A DNA stretch of 64,000 bases, from IMG/VR virus record IMGVR_UViG_3300048861_000178, positions 224,001-288,000 of that record; one strand, given 5' to 3'. This DNA comes from a virus (taxonomy: Duplodnaviria; Caudoviricetes). A program made the translations under genes and the position numbers. Under the pieces are notes generated by a model. That model had not been told where the DNA came from. It saw nothing but the letters and a program-made list of their open reading frames with translations, and did no database searches. Shown here one piece after another: positions 1 to 9,396 of the stretch (position 1 is its first letter; each line of letters begins with the position of its first letter).

Positions 1-2
1 GC

Positions 3-1115
3 ATGGTCGTGAAGAATGCTGAGTACTGGAAGAAGCTCGTAAGCGCTCGCGACATCTTGACCAATCGCGGCGTGATGGTGCGCTTTGACTGGGTCAAGGG
101 TCATAACGACCATCTGGGCAACGAGACGGCTGATCAGGCAGCGACGATTGGCGTGATGCTCTCACAGCGGGCGATGTTCGGCAAATCGTGGAGCTTCGAT
201 CCGGACGGGCCGGTTGCGACCACCTACGCGTCGATCGACACCTCCCCGGCTGACGGCTACTGGAAGTACGACACGGAAAAGCATCCGTTTATCTCGATGC
301 CCCGGATGTACTTTAACACCTGTACGGATTACTTCCGGCCGGGTGAGTACTACCTCAGTAACGGTCGTGAGGAAGAGCATCCGGGCAAACGCATCAGTGA
401 CGGCGCGTACGCGATTGTCAAGCTGAAGACACCCGACCCGGTGTTGGAACTGGTGCGGGGTCACCAGAGCACCCTGGCTGATAACGTCATGGCACTCGCG
501 TCGGCGCGCCTGGACTTTATCTACCGCCCCGACATTCACAAGAAGCTCTCGCAGCATGGCCCGCTTGTGATGGTGCAGGACAATCCGCGGCGTCTGGACA
601 CCTTCGATTTGCACAGTCTTGATAAGGACAAGCAGAAGGAACCCATCACGCGTGAGCACCAACCGCCTCATCTGGCGATGCGTGCCGTGGAGTCCATTGA
701 GCTCCTGATGCACAAGCTCAATCAGTATCTGGCGAAGGACCCGGAGATTGTTGTCACGGATCTGACCGATATTCTGTATGAGAAGAGTCAAAAGGTCGTC
801 AAGAAAGAGACGGTCGACGTCTGCACGCTAAATCCGAAGTACAACGTCGGGTTTGCGGCCATGGATATTGAGGCTAAGTACAAGACCGATGAAGGTATCG
901 GTACTGCGTCAGTGACCCTGACACTTGGCATTGACCTCCTCGATCGGAACGCTCTGAAGCGCCTGGAGAATTCTCACCCGAAAGTCAGTTTGATTACCTG
1001 GCTGGAGGCCCCGCACATTTTCCGTTACGCCACGGTGATTGAAACCGAGGAGGATCTGGGAATTTGGGCGGGCGTGTACAGTAACGTGCGGATTGTGACG
1101 CCGCAATCTCACTAA
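3..1115 (+). CDS. Ribonuclease HI-domain protein (phiKZ gp155-like), probably truncated by the window edge
   Basis: RNase H C-terminal motif 'VRFDWVKGHNDHLGNETADQAA' followed by a long phage-specific extension; ORF begins at the window edge. Confidence 0.85.
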   Translation: MVVKNAEYWKKLVSARDILTNRGVMVRFDWVKGHNDHLGNETADQAATIGVMLSQRAMFGKSWSFDPDGPVATTYASIDTSPADGYWKYDTEKHPFISMPRMYFNTCTDYFRPGEYYLSNGREEEHPGKRISDGAYAIVKLKTPDPVLELVRGHQSTLADNVMALASARLDFIYRPDIHKKLSQHGPLVMVQDNPRRLDTFDLHSLDKDKQKEPITREHQPPHLAMRAVESIELLMHKLNQYLAKDPEIVVTDLTDILYEKSQKVVKKETVDVCTLNPKYNVGFAAMDIEAKYKTDEGIGTASVTLTLGIDLLDRNALKRLENSHPKVSLITWLEAPHIFRYATVIETEEDLGIWAGVYSNVRIVTPQSH

Positions 1116-1166
1116 CCTCGATGGGTTGCTGCTTATTACCGTCAGTGGCGGCCCATTATTGGAGTT

Positions 1167-1586
1167 TTGTCCATGTTACGGTTAACGGCAAGTCTGAAAT
1201 CTGGAGTTGCAAGTGTCCTGGAAACATCGCTGCCTGCCCGGACGAAGAAGCTGATTCTGTTTGCTTCGATCGTCGCGAAAGCCAAGGAAACGCGCAGCTT
1301 GGATGTTCAGACGATTCGTAAGCTCAACAATCTCATGGACCTGGCTGGCGAGGAAAAGGCGATGGGTTTGCCCGCGTCGCTTTCCAAAGCCATCTGGGAC
1401 GGCAAGACTTCGGTCGATGCCATAGCACTGCTATCCAAGGGGGGTCCTCTTCCTGAATCCACCATCGGTGACCTCGTACAACAAATCAAGGCCTGCATCC
1501 CATCGTGGTTGCGTTACGGTCGTGAAGGTGAGGTCGATGCGGATCTGCAGAAGTTGTTCCGTCATAAGTCCGAAATTTTGGGCTAG
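1167..1586 (+). CDS. Hypothetical protein
   Basis: 139 aa ORF with GGAG upstream; followed by a hairpin. Confidence 0.65.
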   Translation: MSMLRLTASLKSGVASVLETSLPARTKKLILFASIVAKAKETRSLDVQTIRKLNNLMDLAGEEKAMGLPASLSKAIWDGKTSVDAIALLSKGGPLPESTIGDLVQQIKACIPSWLRYGREGEVDADLQKLFRHKSEILG

Positions 1587-1593
1587 TGTCGCC

Positions 1594-1652
1594 GCGGTCA
1601 TATTCCCACTAACCTCCCCAGTGGTGCGGGCGGGTTAGTGGGTTTATGCCGC
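1594..1652. terminator. Bidirectional hairpin with TATGCCG-type flanks
   Basis: CCCACTAACC/GGTTAGTGGG stem between convergent genes, flanked by GCGGTCATA and TATGCCGC. Confidence 0.7.
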
Positions 1653-1665
1653 TTGGGCGACGCTC

Positions 1666-2493
1666 TTACGACTTCAGGTTATCGGTGATCTTGTCGACCG
1701 ATTCGTTGATGCTCGTGTTAAACGCCATCACGCGGAAGTACATCGTCGAGAAGAACTCGAGCTCACAGGCGATCTGGTAGGCGCCCTCGGAGAGCTCTTG
1801 CGCGACTTCGTACGCAGTGCTTTCCATCTTGCCGTCCTTGAGCATCTGGACGATCTTTTCCATGTACTGGGTGGCTTCTTTCACCTTCGCATTGAGCTTC
1901 TCACGCGAGACGCTGTTGCTCAGCTTGGAGAGCGTGTCGACTTCACCGAAGACGAGCTCCCAGTCCTTGTTGCGCGCGACGGCCTCGCTGTACTTCATGG
2001 TCGTGTCGTGACGACCCGGATTGAAGCAGGCGCCGATGTCCTTCAAGAGGCTCGTGCGGGCTTCTTGCAGACCCTGGTAGACCTTGGCCGAATTTTCCGT
2101 CGAGAAGCGTTGATACTCGTTGGTGATCAGCAGCGCCAAGTACGTGGTGTACTGGTTCAGCAGGTCCATCACCTTGGCCGAATGCTCAGCACCGCGCTTC
2201 AGTGCCGCAGCGAGCTCCAGGTAACTACCCGTCATCCCTTCGGGGCAGTAAACGGCGAGCGGGCTGATGTCGACGTAGTTGTGACGCTCCAGCAGCTTCA
2301 TGAAGCTCGCCTGATGGCGCGAGAGCGGCACTGGCTTGTCGGTGCCCGAGAAGCGCTGCGTGAAATCGAGGAAGTGTTTCTTGATGTCCGGGAAGATCTG
2401 TTTGAGCATGCCGGTGACATCGAGTGCCTGGACGCTGAAAGTCTCCAGCGCCACAACGTCACGATGGTGACGCAGAGTTTGAAGCGAGTCCAT
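1666..2493 (-). CDS. Putative virion head protein (phiKZ gp153-like)
   Basis: Start refined to MDSLQ (AGAAGGA upstream); N-terminal 'VALE' resembles a prohead-protease site; divergent from uvsX. Confidence 0.6.
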   Translation of the reverse strand: MDSLQTLRHHRDVVALETFSVQALDVTGMLKQIFPDIKKHFLDFTQRFSGTDKPVPLSRHQASFMKLLERHNYVDISPLAVYCPEGMTGSYLELAAALKRGAEHSAKVMDLLNQYTTYLALLITNEYQRFSTENSAKVYQGLQEARTSLLKDIGACFNPGRHDTTMKYSEAVARNKDWELVFGEVDTLSKLSNSVSREKLNAKVKEATQYMEKIVQMLKDGKMESTAYEVAQELSEGAYQIACELEFFSTMYFRVMAFNTSINESVDKITDNLKS

Positions 2494-2634
2494 AGGTGTC
2501 CTTCTGACTGGGGTAAGTTTGTAAGCCATAACATGCGCGTGATGGTTATAGCTGTGTGGTATTTTTCACCGGCTATCGCCATTATTTGTACGGCTGTGTT
2601 TCGTCATTCTCCATTTAAGACCAAAGCAAAGCAC

Positions 2635-4065
2635 ATGGAATTTCTTCAACCTAAAATCAACGCTGCGCCCAACGTGAAACTGATGATTAACATCGGTGCA
2701 CTGATGGACATCCCCACCGGCACCTATATCGAGGGGCGCAAGGGTGAGCACATCCTTAACGGCGGCCTGGCTACGCTTACCGGGGTCGTGGGGATTGGTA
2801 ACAACTTCAAGTCCACGGTGATGCACTACCAGATGCTCACCGCGATGTCGCGTTTTCGCCAGGCTTCGGCCTCCACCTACGACACCGAAGTCAACATTCA
2901 GGAATGGCACTTGATGGAGATGATCCGTCGAGTCGAAGGGCTGCACGAAGAAGACGTCCTGCAAACGGGACGTTGGATCATCACCGACAAGACCATGCAC
3001 ACGGGCGACGACTGGTACGCCAAGCAGCGTGAGTTCTTGGAGGAGAAAGCCAAGAACGTCGGCAAGTGGTCGGTGGATACGCCGTTCTGGAATCGGGATC
3101 GCTCGGGGCCGCTGCGCATGATCATCCCCACGTTCAATGAGATCGACTCCTTCACGGAATTCGAAACCTCGGACGTGATGGACATGCAGGACAAGAACGA
3201 TCTGGGCGAGTCGGGCGGTAACACGATTCACATGCGTCAGGGTCTGGCCAAGCTGCGCCTGCTGATGGAAGCGCCGCGTCTGAACGGTCAGGCGAATAAC
3301 TACTCGCTGATGACCGCGCACATCGGCAAAGAGTCGACGATGCAAAATGCGGGGCCTGCTGGTTCGGTCCCGATCGTCAAGCTCAAGCACCTGAAAAACG
3401 GCGACAAGATCAAGGGCACGACCGACAAGTTCACCTTCATCACGCACAACTGCTGGCACGCTTATAACGCCTCGCCTTTGATGGCGGCGGACAAGAACGG
3501 GCCGGAGTATCCGCGCGATTCCGATGACAAGGTCAAGCTCGATACGGACTTGAACACCGTGCAGTTGCGTAACCTGCGCTCCAAGTCGGGCCCATCAGGC
3601 ATGGCGATCACCTTGATTGTCTCGCAAACCGAAGGCGTGTTGCCCTCACTGACCGAGTTCCATCACATCCGTGAACAGGACTACTACGGCCTGGTGGGCA
3701 GCAAGATCAACTACGCACTGGCTATCTACCCGGAGTGCAAGCTGGGTCGTACTACCGTGCGCAGCAAGATCGACGAAGACGCGAAGTTGCGGCGCGCGCT
3801 GAACATCACCTCCGAGATGTGCCAGATGTCGTACATGTGGCATCACCTGGATGACCTGATGTGCACGCCCGAAGAGCTGTACAACGACCTGAAGGCCAAG
3901 GGTTACGACTGGGAGCTGCTGCTCAATACGCGCGGCTGGTGGACGACGGACGAAGATCATCCGCTGCCTTTCCTCTCGACGATGGATCTCTTGCGCATGC
4001 GCAAGGGTCTGTACCACCCGTACTGGTATCCGGTCAGCGTGGATGCCCTGAAGGCCGCAGCATGA
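2635..4065 (+). CDS. uvsX: UvsX/RecA-like recombinase (phiKZ gp152-like)
   Basis: Start at MEFLQPK; Walker A-like 'GVVGIGNNFKST', 'YDTE', Walker B-like 'EIDSFTEF'. Confidence 0.8.
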   Translation: MEFLQPKINAAPNVKLMINIGALMDIPTGTYIEGRKGEHILNGGLATLTGVVGIGNNFKSTVMHYQMLTAMSRFRQASASTYDTEVNIQEWHLMEMIRRVEGLHEEDVLQTGRWIITDKTMHTGDDWYAKQREFLEEKAKNVGKWSVDTPFWNRDRSGPLRMIIPTFNEIDSFTEFETSDVMDMQDKNDLGESGGNTIHMRQGLAKLRLLMEAPRLNGQANNYSLMTAHIGKESTMQNAGPAGSVPIVKLKHLKNGDKIKGTTDKFTFITHNCWHAYNASPLMAADKNGPEYPRDSDDKVKLDTDLNTVQLRNLRSKSGPSGMAITLIVSQTEGVLPSLTEFHHIREQDYYGLVGSKINYALAIYPECKLGRTTVRSKIDEDAKLRRALNITSEMCQMSYMWHHLDDLMCTPEELYNDLKAKGYDWELLLNTRGWWTTDEDHPLPFLSTMDLLRMRKGLYHPYWYPVSVDALKAAA

Positions 4066-4229
4066 AGTATCTGCGTCGTTTGATTAGAACGACGCTTTGC
4101 AAGCACCCCGAGAAGAAGATGGTCCGGACTGATCTCGTATTGGTCCACCGTGTTTGTAAGGGGTGTGGCAAAGATTTCGTCGAACCCTACAACGGTTTTA
4201 AGGCCCTGAGCTATCATGAGCACCACTGA
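4062..4229 (+). CDS. Small Cys/His protein, possible zinc finger
   Basis: ATGA overlap with the uvsX stop; CKH...CKGC pattern. Confidence 0.55.
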   Translation: MKYLRRLIRTTLCKHPEKKMVRTDLVLVHRVCKGCGKDFVEPYNGFKALSYHEHH

Positions 4230-4506
4230 ACAAGCAGAAATCCCCGTCACCTCGCCGGTGAAGTTTGTGATCAACGACGTGGTGGAACATGTTAAGTCCG
4301 GTGGCCTGTACGTGGTCGCTGGACTGCCCACGGAGTACGTTCTCGAGAACACGCGTGAACCCGCGTACGCTTACCGGATGAAAGATGGTCGGGTGTGCGT
4401 GCGCTGTCAGTCGGAGTTCGAGGACGGTCGTTTCGTCTATCGTGGCCGAGCCAAAGCACTCGGCTACCCCGAAGAACCCACACGCCCGCCCATGACGCGC
4501 GGCTAG
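4216..4506 (+). CDS. DUF1653-like protein
   Basis: 'HVKSGGLYVV...ENTREPAYAYR...VRCQSEFEDGRF' resembles the DUF1653 pattern. Confidence 0.55.
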   Translation: MSTTEQAEIPVTSPVKFVINDVVEHVKSGGLYVVAGLPTEYVLENTREPAYAYRMKDGRVCVRCQSEFEDGRFVYRGRAKALGYPEEPTRPPMTRG

Positions 4507-4516
4507 GAGTACCAAC

Positions 4517-4885
4517 ATGAATACCGCAGTTCAATCCACTGACATCGTCGGTGGCGAAGCCCCCGCCCAACTCGAAGCCAATCTGATCGACTACGTGACG
4601 ACTCGGCTGGCCGAATCCGGTCACCCGAATCCGAGCGCCTGGCAGACCTATGGCGAAGGCATCCATAGCGACGCCTACAGCACGATCGAATTCCCCCGTC
4701 ATCGCTTCCTGGTCAATCGTCAACTGCGTCAGCTCGTCGGTGCGGTGCCCGCGAATACCACGCAGATTCGTTTCTGCCTGGTCGATCAGGGCACGGCCGA
4801 TGACTGGATGCGTCTCTTCGAACAGATGGTCCTGCCATGCATGATGAAATTCAGCATTCCGCAATCGCACTACGCGAGCGCTTAA
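4517..4885 (+). CDS. Hypothetical protein
   Basis: AGGAG SD, 122 aa. Confidence 0.7.
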   Translation: MNTAVQSTDIVGGEAPAQLEANLIDYVTTRLAESGHPNPSAWQTYGEGIHSDAYSTIEFPRHRFLVNRQLRQLVGAVPANTTQIRFCLVDQGTADDWMRLFEQMVLPCMMKFSIPQSHYASA

Positions 4886-5427
4886 ATCTGCTCGACGAAT
4901 GGCCCATCGTCAAGGGCCGAGAGTTTGTGGTGCCGCACGAGCTGTTAACGCGCGAGATCTGGGACGCGATCATTGTGGTCGCCGGGGGTCGCAACTATAA
5001 CCGTTACGAGGACTTTGTCCACTGGTTAGAATTGCGGCTCATGAAAGAGGATTTGGTTGACTTACCCAGGATCGTTTTTGTATCCGGCAAGGCCAGTAAG
5101 GGCGCTGATGATATGATTATCCACTGGTGCAAAGAGAACGGCTTCCCATGGGCGGAGTTTCCTGCCGATTGGGACGGGCTCGGGCGTAGCGCAGGTTATG
5201 TGCGCAACACTCAAATGGCACGCGTGGCAACCCATCTCATCACGTTCTGGGACGGTGAATCACGAGGCACGAAACACATGATCGATCAGGGCAAGAAGTA
5301 CCAGCTCACCATGACGATCAACCTTGTGGAACCGGACGAGGACTGGCTTGAACGGATTAGGAAAACATCATGGCAGGAAACCGAGCAGCTGCTGAAGCGG
5401 TTATCTACGAATGGATCGAGAAGTTGA
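4837..5427 (+). CDS. SLOG-superfamily (DUF2493/YspA-like) protein
   Basis: 'IVVAGGRNY', 'VSGKASKGAD', 'FPADWDGLGRSAGYVRNTQMA', 'FWDGESRGTKHMI'. Confidence 0.8.
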   Translation: MHDEIQHSAIALRERLNLLDEWPIVKGREFVVPHELLTREIWDAIIVVAGGRNYNRYEDFVHWLELRLMKEDLVDLPRIVFVSGKASKGADDMIIHWCKENGFPWAEFPADWDGLGRSAGYVRNTQMARVATHLITFWDGESRGTKHMIDQGKKYQLTMTINLVEPDEDWLERIRKTSWQETEQLLKRLSTNGSRS

Positions 5428-6065
5428 TCCCGGAGTCAGGTAACACTGACATTTACCGCGACCTCTTTGCCAGTATGGACGACGCGGCGTTTGCCGTGTG
5501 GATGGAAAAGCTTGAGCGGCAGGAGATTCGACTCGCGGTGATTGCGCCTAACCTCGCAGAACACCCGCAAGGCGGCGACAAGACGTTAGTGCGCCTAGAC
5601 ATCGAACGGAACCTGAAGCTGGCTGATGAACTGGGCCATAACTTCTTTGAAAGGATCTGGATCGACAATGGCAACGATATTCCACCGTATCTGTCACCGA
5701 TTCCGTACCTGGTGGTTGATCTCCCCCTGCGCCGTCAAGCGCAGCTGCTGGTCAAGAAGATCTCGATTCCTGAAGACTCTAAGTCCGTGGACGATTTCAC
5801 AGGCCAGCCGACCGGGAAGTCCAAGGGATCGAAGATCTCCTACCCAGAGACGCAGATTATGGCCGCACTTAACCTGGACGCTAACCTCACCGAGATGCTC
5901 AAGTATCGAGGCGGGGATGAGAAAGGCTTTGATGCGCTCAATTCCGCTATCAGCAAAACTGGCGGGGTGTCGCTCAAGTCGATCGAGAAGCTGGGCACCC
6001 AGGTGAAGTCGACGCAAACGCTTTCCATCATCTTGACCTGCATGCATTTGTCCAACACGCTTTGA
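5370..6065 (+). CDS. Virion RNA polymerase beta C-terminal subunit (phiKZ gp149-like)
   Basis: 'RRQAQLLVKKISIP...DDFTGQPTGKSKGSKISYPETQ' matches the beta C-terminal region; AGGA SD. Confidence 0.85.
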   Translation: MAGNRAAAEAVIYEWIEKLIPESGNTDIYRDLFASMDDAAFAVWMEKLERQEIRLAVIAPNLAEHPQGGDKTLVRLDIERNLKLADELGHNFFERIWIDNGNDIPPYLSPIPYLVVDLPLRRQAQLLVKKISIPEDSKSVDDFTGQPTGKSKGSKISYPETQIMAALNLDANLTEMLKYRGGDEKGFDALNSAISKTGGVSLKSIEKLGTQVKSTQTLSIILTCMHLSNTL

Positions 6066-6181
6066 TGGAAGAAGATCCGAACTCTCCCTGGTACGAGGAT
6101 TCGTGCGATCGGGATGATTTGCTGCTGGCTTGCATTATCATCGAGGTCATTCTGATCGGGCTGCTGAAGGCCTGGTCTTAG
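6065..6181 (+). CDS. 38 aa putative membrane peptide (not in the ORF track)
   Basis: TGATG overlap; MEEDPNSPWYEDSCDRDDLLLACIIIEVILIGLLKAWS has a hydrophobic C-terminus. Confidence 0.5.
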   Translation: MEEDPNSPWYEDSCDRDDLLLACIIIEVILIGLLKAWS

Positions 6182-6190
6182 GAGCACATC

Positions 6191-6439
6191 GTGGGACTCT
6201 TTACTGACATTGGTTACGACCGGCTTGCCAAGGAGCGCCGTGAGCGCTTTATTCGCGAAGGTCGAGCCGGTGAAAGTCTGGGCTTTACCAACCGGCCAGA
6301 TCTTAACTATCCCTGGGACGAGGAGTCCCGGTTCACGACGATCGATGCCTGGATCTGCGTGATCCTCGCTCTCATCGGTCTAATTGGGATAGTTGCTATG
6401 ATCTGGAGCGATCACTTCGTCTGGAGCGGCCATGTCTGA
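6191..6439 (+). CDS. Small membrane protein
   Basis: AGGAG SD, GTG start, one C-terminal hydrophobic segment. Confidence 0.65.
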   Translation: MGLFTDIGYDRLAKERRERFIREGRAGESLGFTNRPDLNYPWDEESRFTTIDAWICVILALIGLIGIVAMIWSDHFVWSGHV

Positions 6440-6533
6440 AGTACACAAACGCGTAATGGCGCAGATTCGTGCCTGGAAGTTGATGTACGACTCCCAGCCG
6501 TGTCGCGTCATCGTCACACCGAAACAACAATGA
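6432..6533 (+). CDS. 33 aa hypothetical peptide (not in the ORF track)
   Basis: GGAG SD; MSEVHKRVMAQIRAWKLMYDSQPCRVIVTPKQQ; its stop overlaps the next start (ATGA). Confidence 0.45.
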   Translation: MSEVHKRVMAQIRAWKLMYDSQPCRVIVTPKQQ

Positions 6534-6919
6534 ATATCGACGCCTATTTCGTCGACAAGTGGATCACGCTCGAACTGGCTCAGGCCCTCTCACGGGAGCC
6601 TCAGCCAGTCGGGCCTTTATTTCCCGAGCTTCGTAAAGCAATAGGCATGTACGCCTTGTACTTTCCGGAGCACGAAGCTGTGTATTTCGGAGAAGCAGGC
6701 GATCTGGAACACGCTAAAGCCCATCACCTGTATCAACTTCGCTGTCAACGTCATGAAAACCCGGCTGTACAACAAGCTTTCAACGACGATCCGGAAGGCA
6801 AGGTCCTATTCTTCGCGATTGTTACGTCACGTCGCGAGCAAGCGCGAGCCCTTCTCGAGCAATTTCTAGCAGCCTATAAAGACTGCGCTACTTTACTAAA
6901 TAACGGGGTGTTGGAGTGA
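6530..6919 (+). CDS. GIY-YIG-like nuclease domain protein
   Basis: 'GMYALYF...VYFGEAGDL...HLYQLR...HENPAVQQAFN' fits the GIY-YIG/HxNxxLQ pattern. Confidence 0.6.
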   Translation: MNIDAYFVDKWITLELAQALSREPQPVGPLFPELRKAIGMYALYFPEHEAVYFGEAGDLEHAKAHHLYQLRCQRHENPAVQQAFNDDPEGKVLFFAIVTSRREQARALLEQFLAAYKDCATLLNNGVLE

Positions 6920-7509
6920 GTGGTTTTAAAGCAGATAGCGCATGGCGCAATCCCAAAGACGTTGCAGACCCGAACGTGTTCACCAACGATGACATGGAAG
7001 TCGTCGCCGGGGCTTTCGAGGCAGCCATTAAAACCGTGCTGGAGCAATACCTGGACGAGGCGCTCAAGGAAAAGCTCCTGTTGTTTATCAACAACATCGT
7101 GGTGCAAGAAAAACCCTGGGTCTGGGTCTCACCCGAAGGGCCGAACCACCTCGACAATCTCTTCATGGTCGATGAGTTCACTCGCGACTTTATCATGCTG
7201 CTCACTTTCACCTTTTTTGCCCGCTGGGGCGAGGGAAAAGTAAAATTTACTGGCCTGATAGATACATTGAGCTGGGGATGTTCAGCCGATGAAGACGAAG
7301 AGGACAAAGGTTACGTGCTAATGTCGAAAGACCTTAGCGCACGTCTATCACCGACTGATGCTGTAAAAAAATACCTCAGAGCCAATAAGTGGGTCGTCGT
7401 GGCGATGCTAATCAAGCTATTCGTCAAACCGACCAACGGCCAAATGCCGGAGACCCGCGGGTCGATGGCGAGTCAAATATTTCACGGGGCGCCAGGTCAA
7501 CAACAATAA
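6916..7509 (+). CDS. Hypothetical protein
   Basis: 197 aa, GTGA overlap with upstream gene. Confidence 0.65.
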   Translation: MSGFKADSAWRNPKDVADPNVFTNDDMEVVAGAFEAAIKTVLEQYLDEALKEKLLLFINNIVVQEKPWVWVSPEGPNHLDNLFMVDEFTRDFIMLLTFTFFARWGEGKVKFTGLIDTLSWGCSADEDEEDKGYVLMSKDLSARLSPTDAVKKYLRANKWVVVAMLIKLFVKPTNGQMPETRGSMASQIFHGAPGQQQ

Positions 7510-7524
7510 GCCTGGCAGGAATGA

Positions 7525-8253
7525 ATGGATCAATCAGCGGTTGCCGTCGTATACGCTGAGCTTGATGCTCTGCTCGATACGCGGCTCGGGACCCTGGCAC
7601 GCATGGGCGACCATGTAGCCGAAGCTGTATTGTTGTCCGGGAGTTATCATAAACGCGACTGCGACGTGTTCGCAGACGTGGATATGCAGGTCTACCGTGA
7701 CCTGTACTCCAAGCGCGACGTAGAGACATTAAAGTTCTCACGCGCGACTAAAGCGGTGTTCCTCCTGAATTCGCTAGTGCGTTATCTGAAGGAACAGGCG
7801 ACTGTACGCCCGTATCACGAGAGTGCAAAAGTCGTCATTAATACGTTCCCTTACGTGCTGAGCGTCGAAGAAGAAGCTGAGTTGGGCAAGGTCATTGCGA
7901 CCTGGATTTCAGGGCTCGCACCGGTTGAGCTCGTACATATGCGCCCACAAGAGCTTTCTCCTCTGTACGTTAGACAGCAGTCGTATTCGAGCTTGTTGAT
8001 GTACGAGTACGATCCTTGGATGAGTCTGCATTTTGGACCCACATCGAAGCAAGCAACGCCTATCCAAGATGTCTCAATATTCGCGCCAGCGATATTCTTC
8101 GCGGATAAGCCAAGCGACAAAGAGTTGCAGCAAGTCATCAAGCGCGCAGCCCATCCACTGCAAGCTGTAGAGATCCTGGGACGGTCGCTCGTCGGCCTGA
8201 ACTTGATCGATGTCGAATACTTCAGCATAATTCGACCTTCCGAACCGGCATAA
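7525..8253 (+). CDS. Conserved jumbo-phage hypothetical protein (phiKZ gp147-like)
   Basis: 'VYAELDALLDTRLGTL' N-terminus; position after the gp149-like gene. Confidence 0.6.
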   Translation: MDQSAVAVVYAELDALLDTRLGTLARMGDHVAEAVLLSGSYHKRDCDVFADVDMQVYRDLYSKRDVETLKFSRATKAVFLLNSLVRYLKEQATVRPYHESAKVVINTFPYVLSVEEEAELGKVIATWISGLAPVELVHMRPQELSPLYVRQQSYSSLLMYEYDPWMSLHFGPTSKQATPIQDVSIFAPAIFFADKPSDKELQQVIKRAAHPLQAVEILGRSLVGLNLIDVEYFSIIRPSEPA

Positions 8254-8306
8254 ACGCCCCGCACCCCTCGACCCCACTTCTGGAGCGGTCGAGGCGGGTG
8301 CGGAGC
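8246..8306. terminator. Hairpin between convergent genes with a CGGCATA flank
   Basis: CCGCACCC-CTCGACC / GGTCGAG-GGGTGCGG stems. Confidence 0.6.
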
Positions 8307-8333
8307 ACAGTCACGGTTTGGAGCGGGTTTCCG

Positions 8334-8780
8334 TTAGTCTGCACCGTCCACCGGTGCAAACTGAGCGTGGAACGAATCGAAGTCTTGCTGAATCGGCGTA
8401 GTGGCAACTTCCCCATCCACCAGGACGGGGTCGGGTACATCGCTTCCGAGCTTCGGAACCTCCCTTGGAACAGGTTCAGCAGCTTGGAAGTTATGACCGC
8501 CGCTGCCCATCTGACGCAAGATCTCCGCGATGTTCGCTGCCATGCCTTCCTGATTCATGACTTGCTGCTCTTCCACGCGCAGCTTCATCTTGCCGAGCGC
8601 CTGGCGGTCCATGCCGTCGAGCACCTGGGAGATGGTGCCCACGATTTTGGGGTCGGCGAGGTTTTCCAGATTCTTAGCGAGCACGCCAACAATCTGCTTA
8701 CGCATTCCTTGGGTATAGTCGAGTACGGCCTCATCCGCATCGGCGGGCCCCACGACTTCGACTTCCTGATGTGCAGACAT
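8334..8780 (-). CDS. Hypothetical protein
   Basis: 148 aa, AAGGA SD. Confidence 0.7.
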   Translation of the reverse strand: MSAHQEVEVVGPADADEAVLDYTQGMRKQIVGVLAKNLENLADPKIVGTISQVLDGMDRQALGKMKLRVEEQQVMNQEGMAANIAEILRQMGSGGHNFQAAEPVPREVPKLGSDVPDPVLVDGEVATTPIQQDFDSFHAQFAPVDGAD

Positions 8781-8806
8781 GGTCGTATCCTTAAAAAACT
8801 CAGCGA

Positions 8807-8814
8807 TATATTAC
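8807..8814 (+). promoter_or_regulatory. Early promoter core TATATTAC
   Basis: Exact phiKZ-type early motif after an A-tract, upstream of the HNH gene. Confidence 0.65.
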
Positions 8815-8841
8815 TACTTACAATGGCTCTGGGTATTAACT

Positions 8842-9396
8842 ATGTTGAAGCATGAAGCTAAGATAAAAATCGTTCAGGATAGCGGATTAAATCCAGCAGA
8901 TACTGAAGCGTGGTTTGGCAAGTATCAGAAGCAACGCACCAATGCTACCGCTCGGGGCATGGTAGCGGAACTTTCGTTTCAAGAGTACATTACCAAAGCA
9001 GTCGAGGCTGGTTTGACTAACCCCGAAAGTATCGGATGCGGCAACGGACAGTTTGTGTTAGGTCGACACGGCGACGTAGGCAATTACGGTGTTGAGAACT
9101 GTCGGTTCATTACGACGGCACAGAATCGAATAGACGCAATTGAGAGTGGCGCTTACCACAGAGCATCGAAGACACTAACAGGCCGTACGAAAGAAAATCA
9201 TCCTGGCAAGGCAGCACAGGCAGAAAAGCTTGCTAAAGACTTTGTCCTCGTCGACCCTAACGGAATCGAGCATCGCGGTAGTAACGTCAAAGAATTCTGC
9301 AACCGGAACGACCTCAACGTTTTCTGCATCTACGACGTGTTCGCAGGTAGACGACAGCATCACAAAGGCTGGACTGGTCGCTACGAAAATAAGTAA
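8842..9396 (+). CDS. HNH-type homing endonuclease with C-terminal NUMOD-like DNA-binding region
   Basis: 'LGRHGDVGNYGVENCRFITTAQN' beta-beta-alpha-metal motif; 'GRTKENHP' and 'HKGW' motifs; more AT-rich than neighbours. Confidence 0.75.
   Translation: MLKHEAKIKIVQDSGLNPADTEAWFGKYQKQRTNATARGMVAELSFQEYITKAVEAGLTNPESIGCGNGQFVLGRHGDVGNYGVENCRFITTAQNRIDAIESGAYHRASKTLTGRTKENHPGKAAQAEKLAKDFVLVDPNGIEHRGSNVKEFCNRNDLNVFCIYDVFAGRRQHHKGWTGRYENK

Noticed and set aside
1798-2634. N-terminal 279 aa of the 755 aa ORF
   Set aside because: Mostly the antisense shadow of 1666-2493; the recombinase starts at 2635
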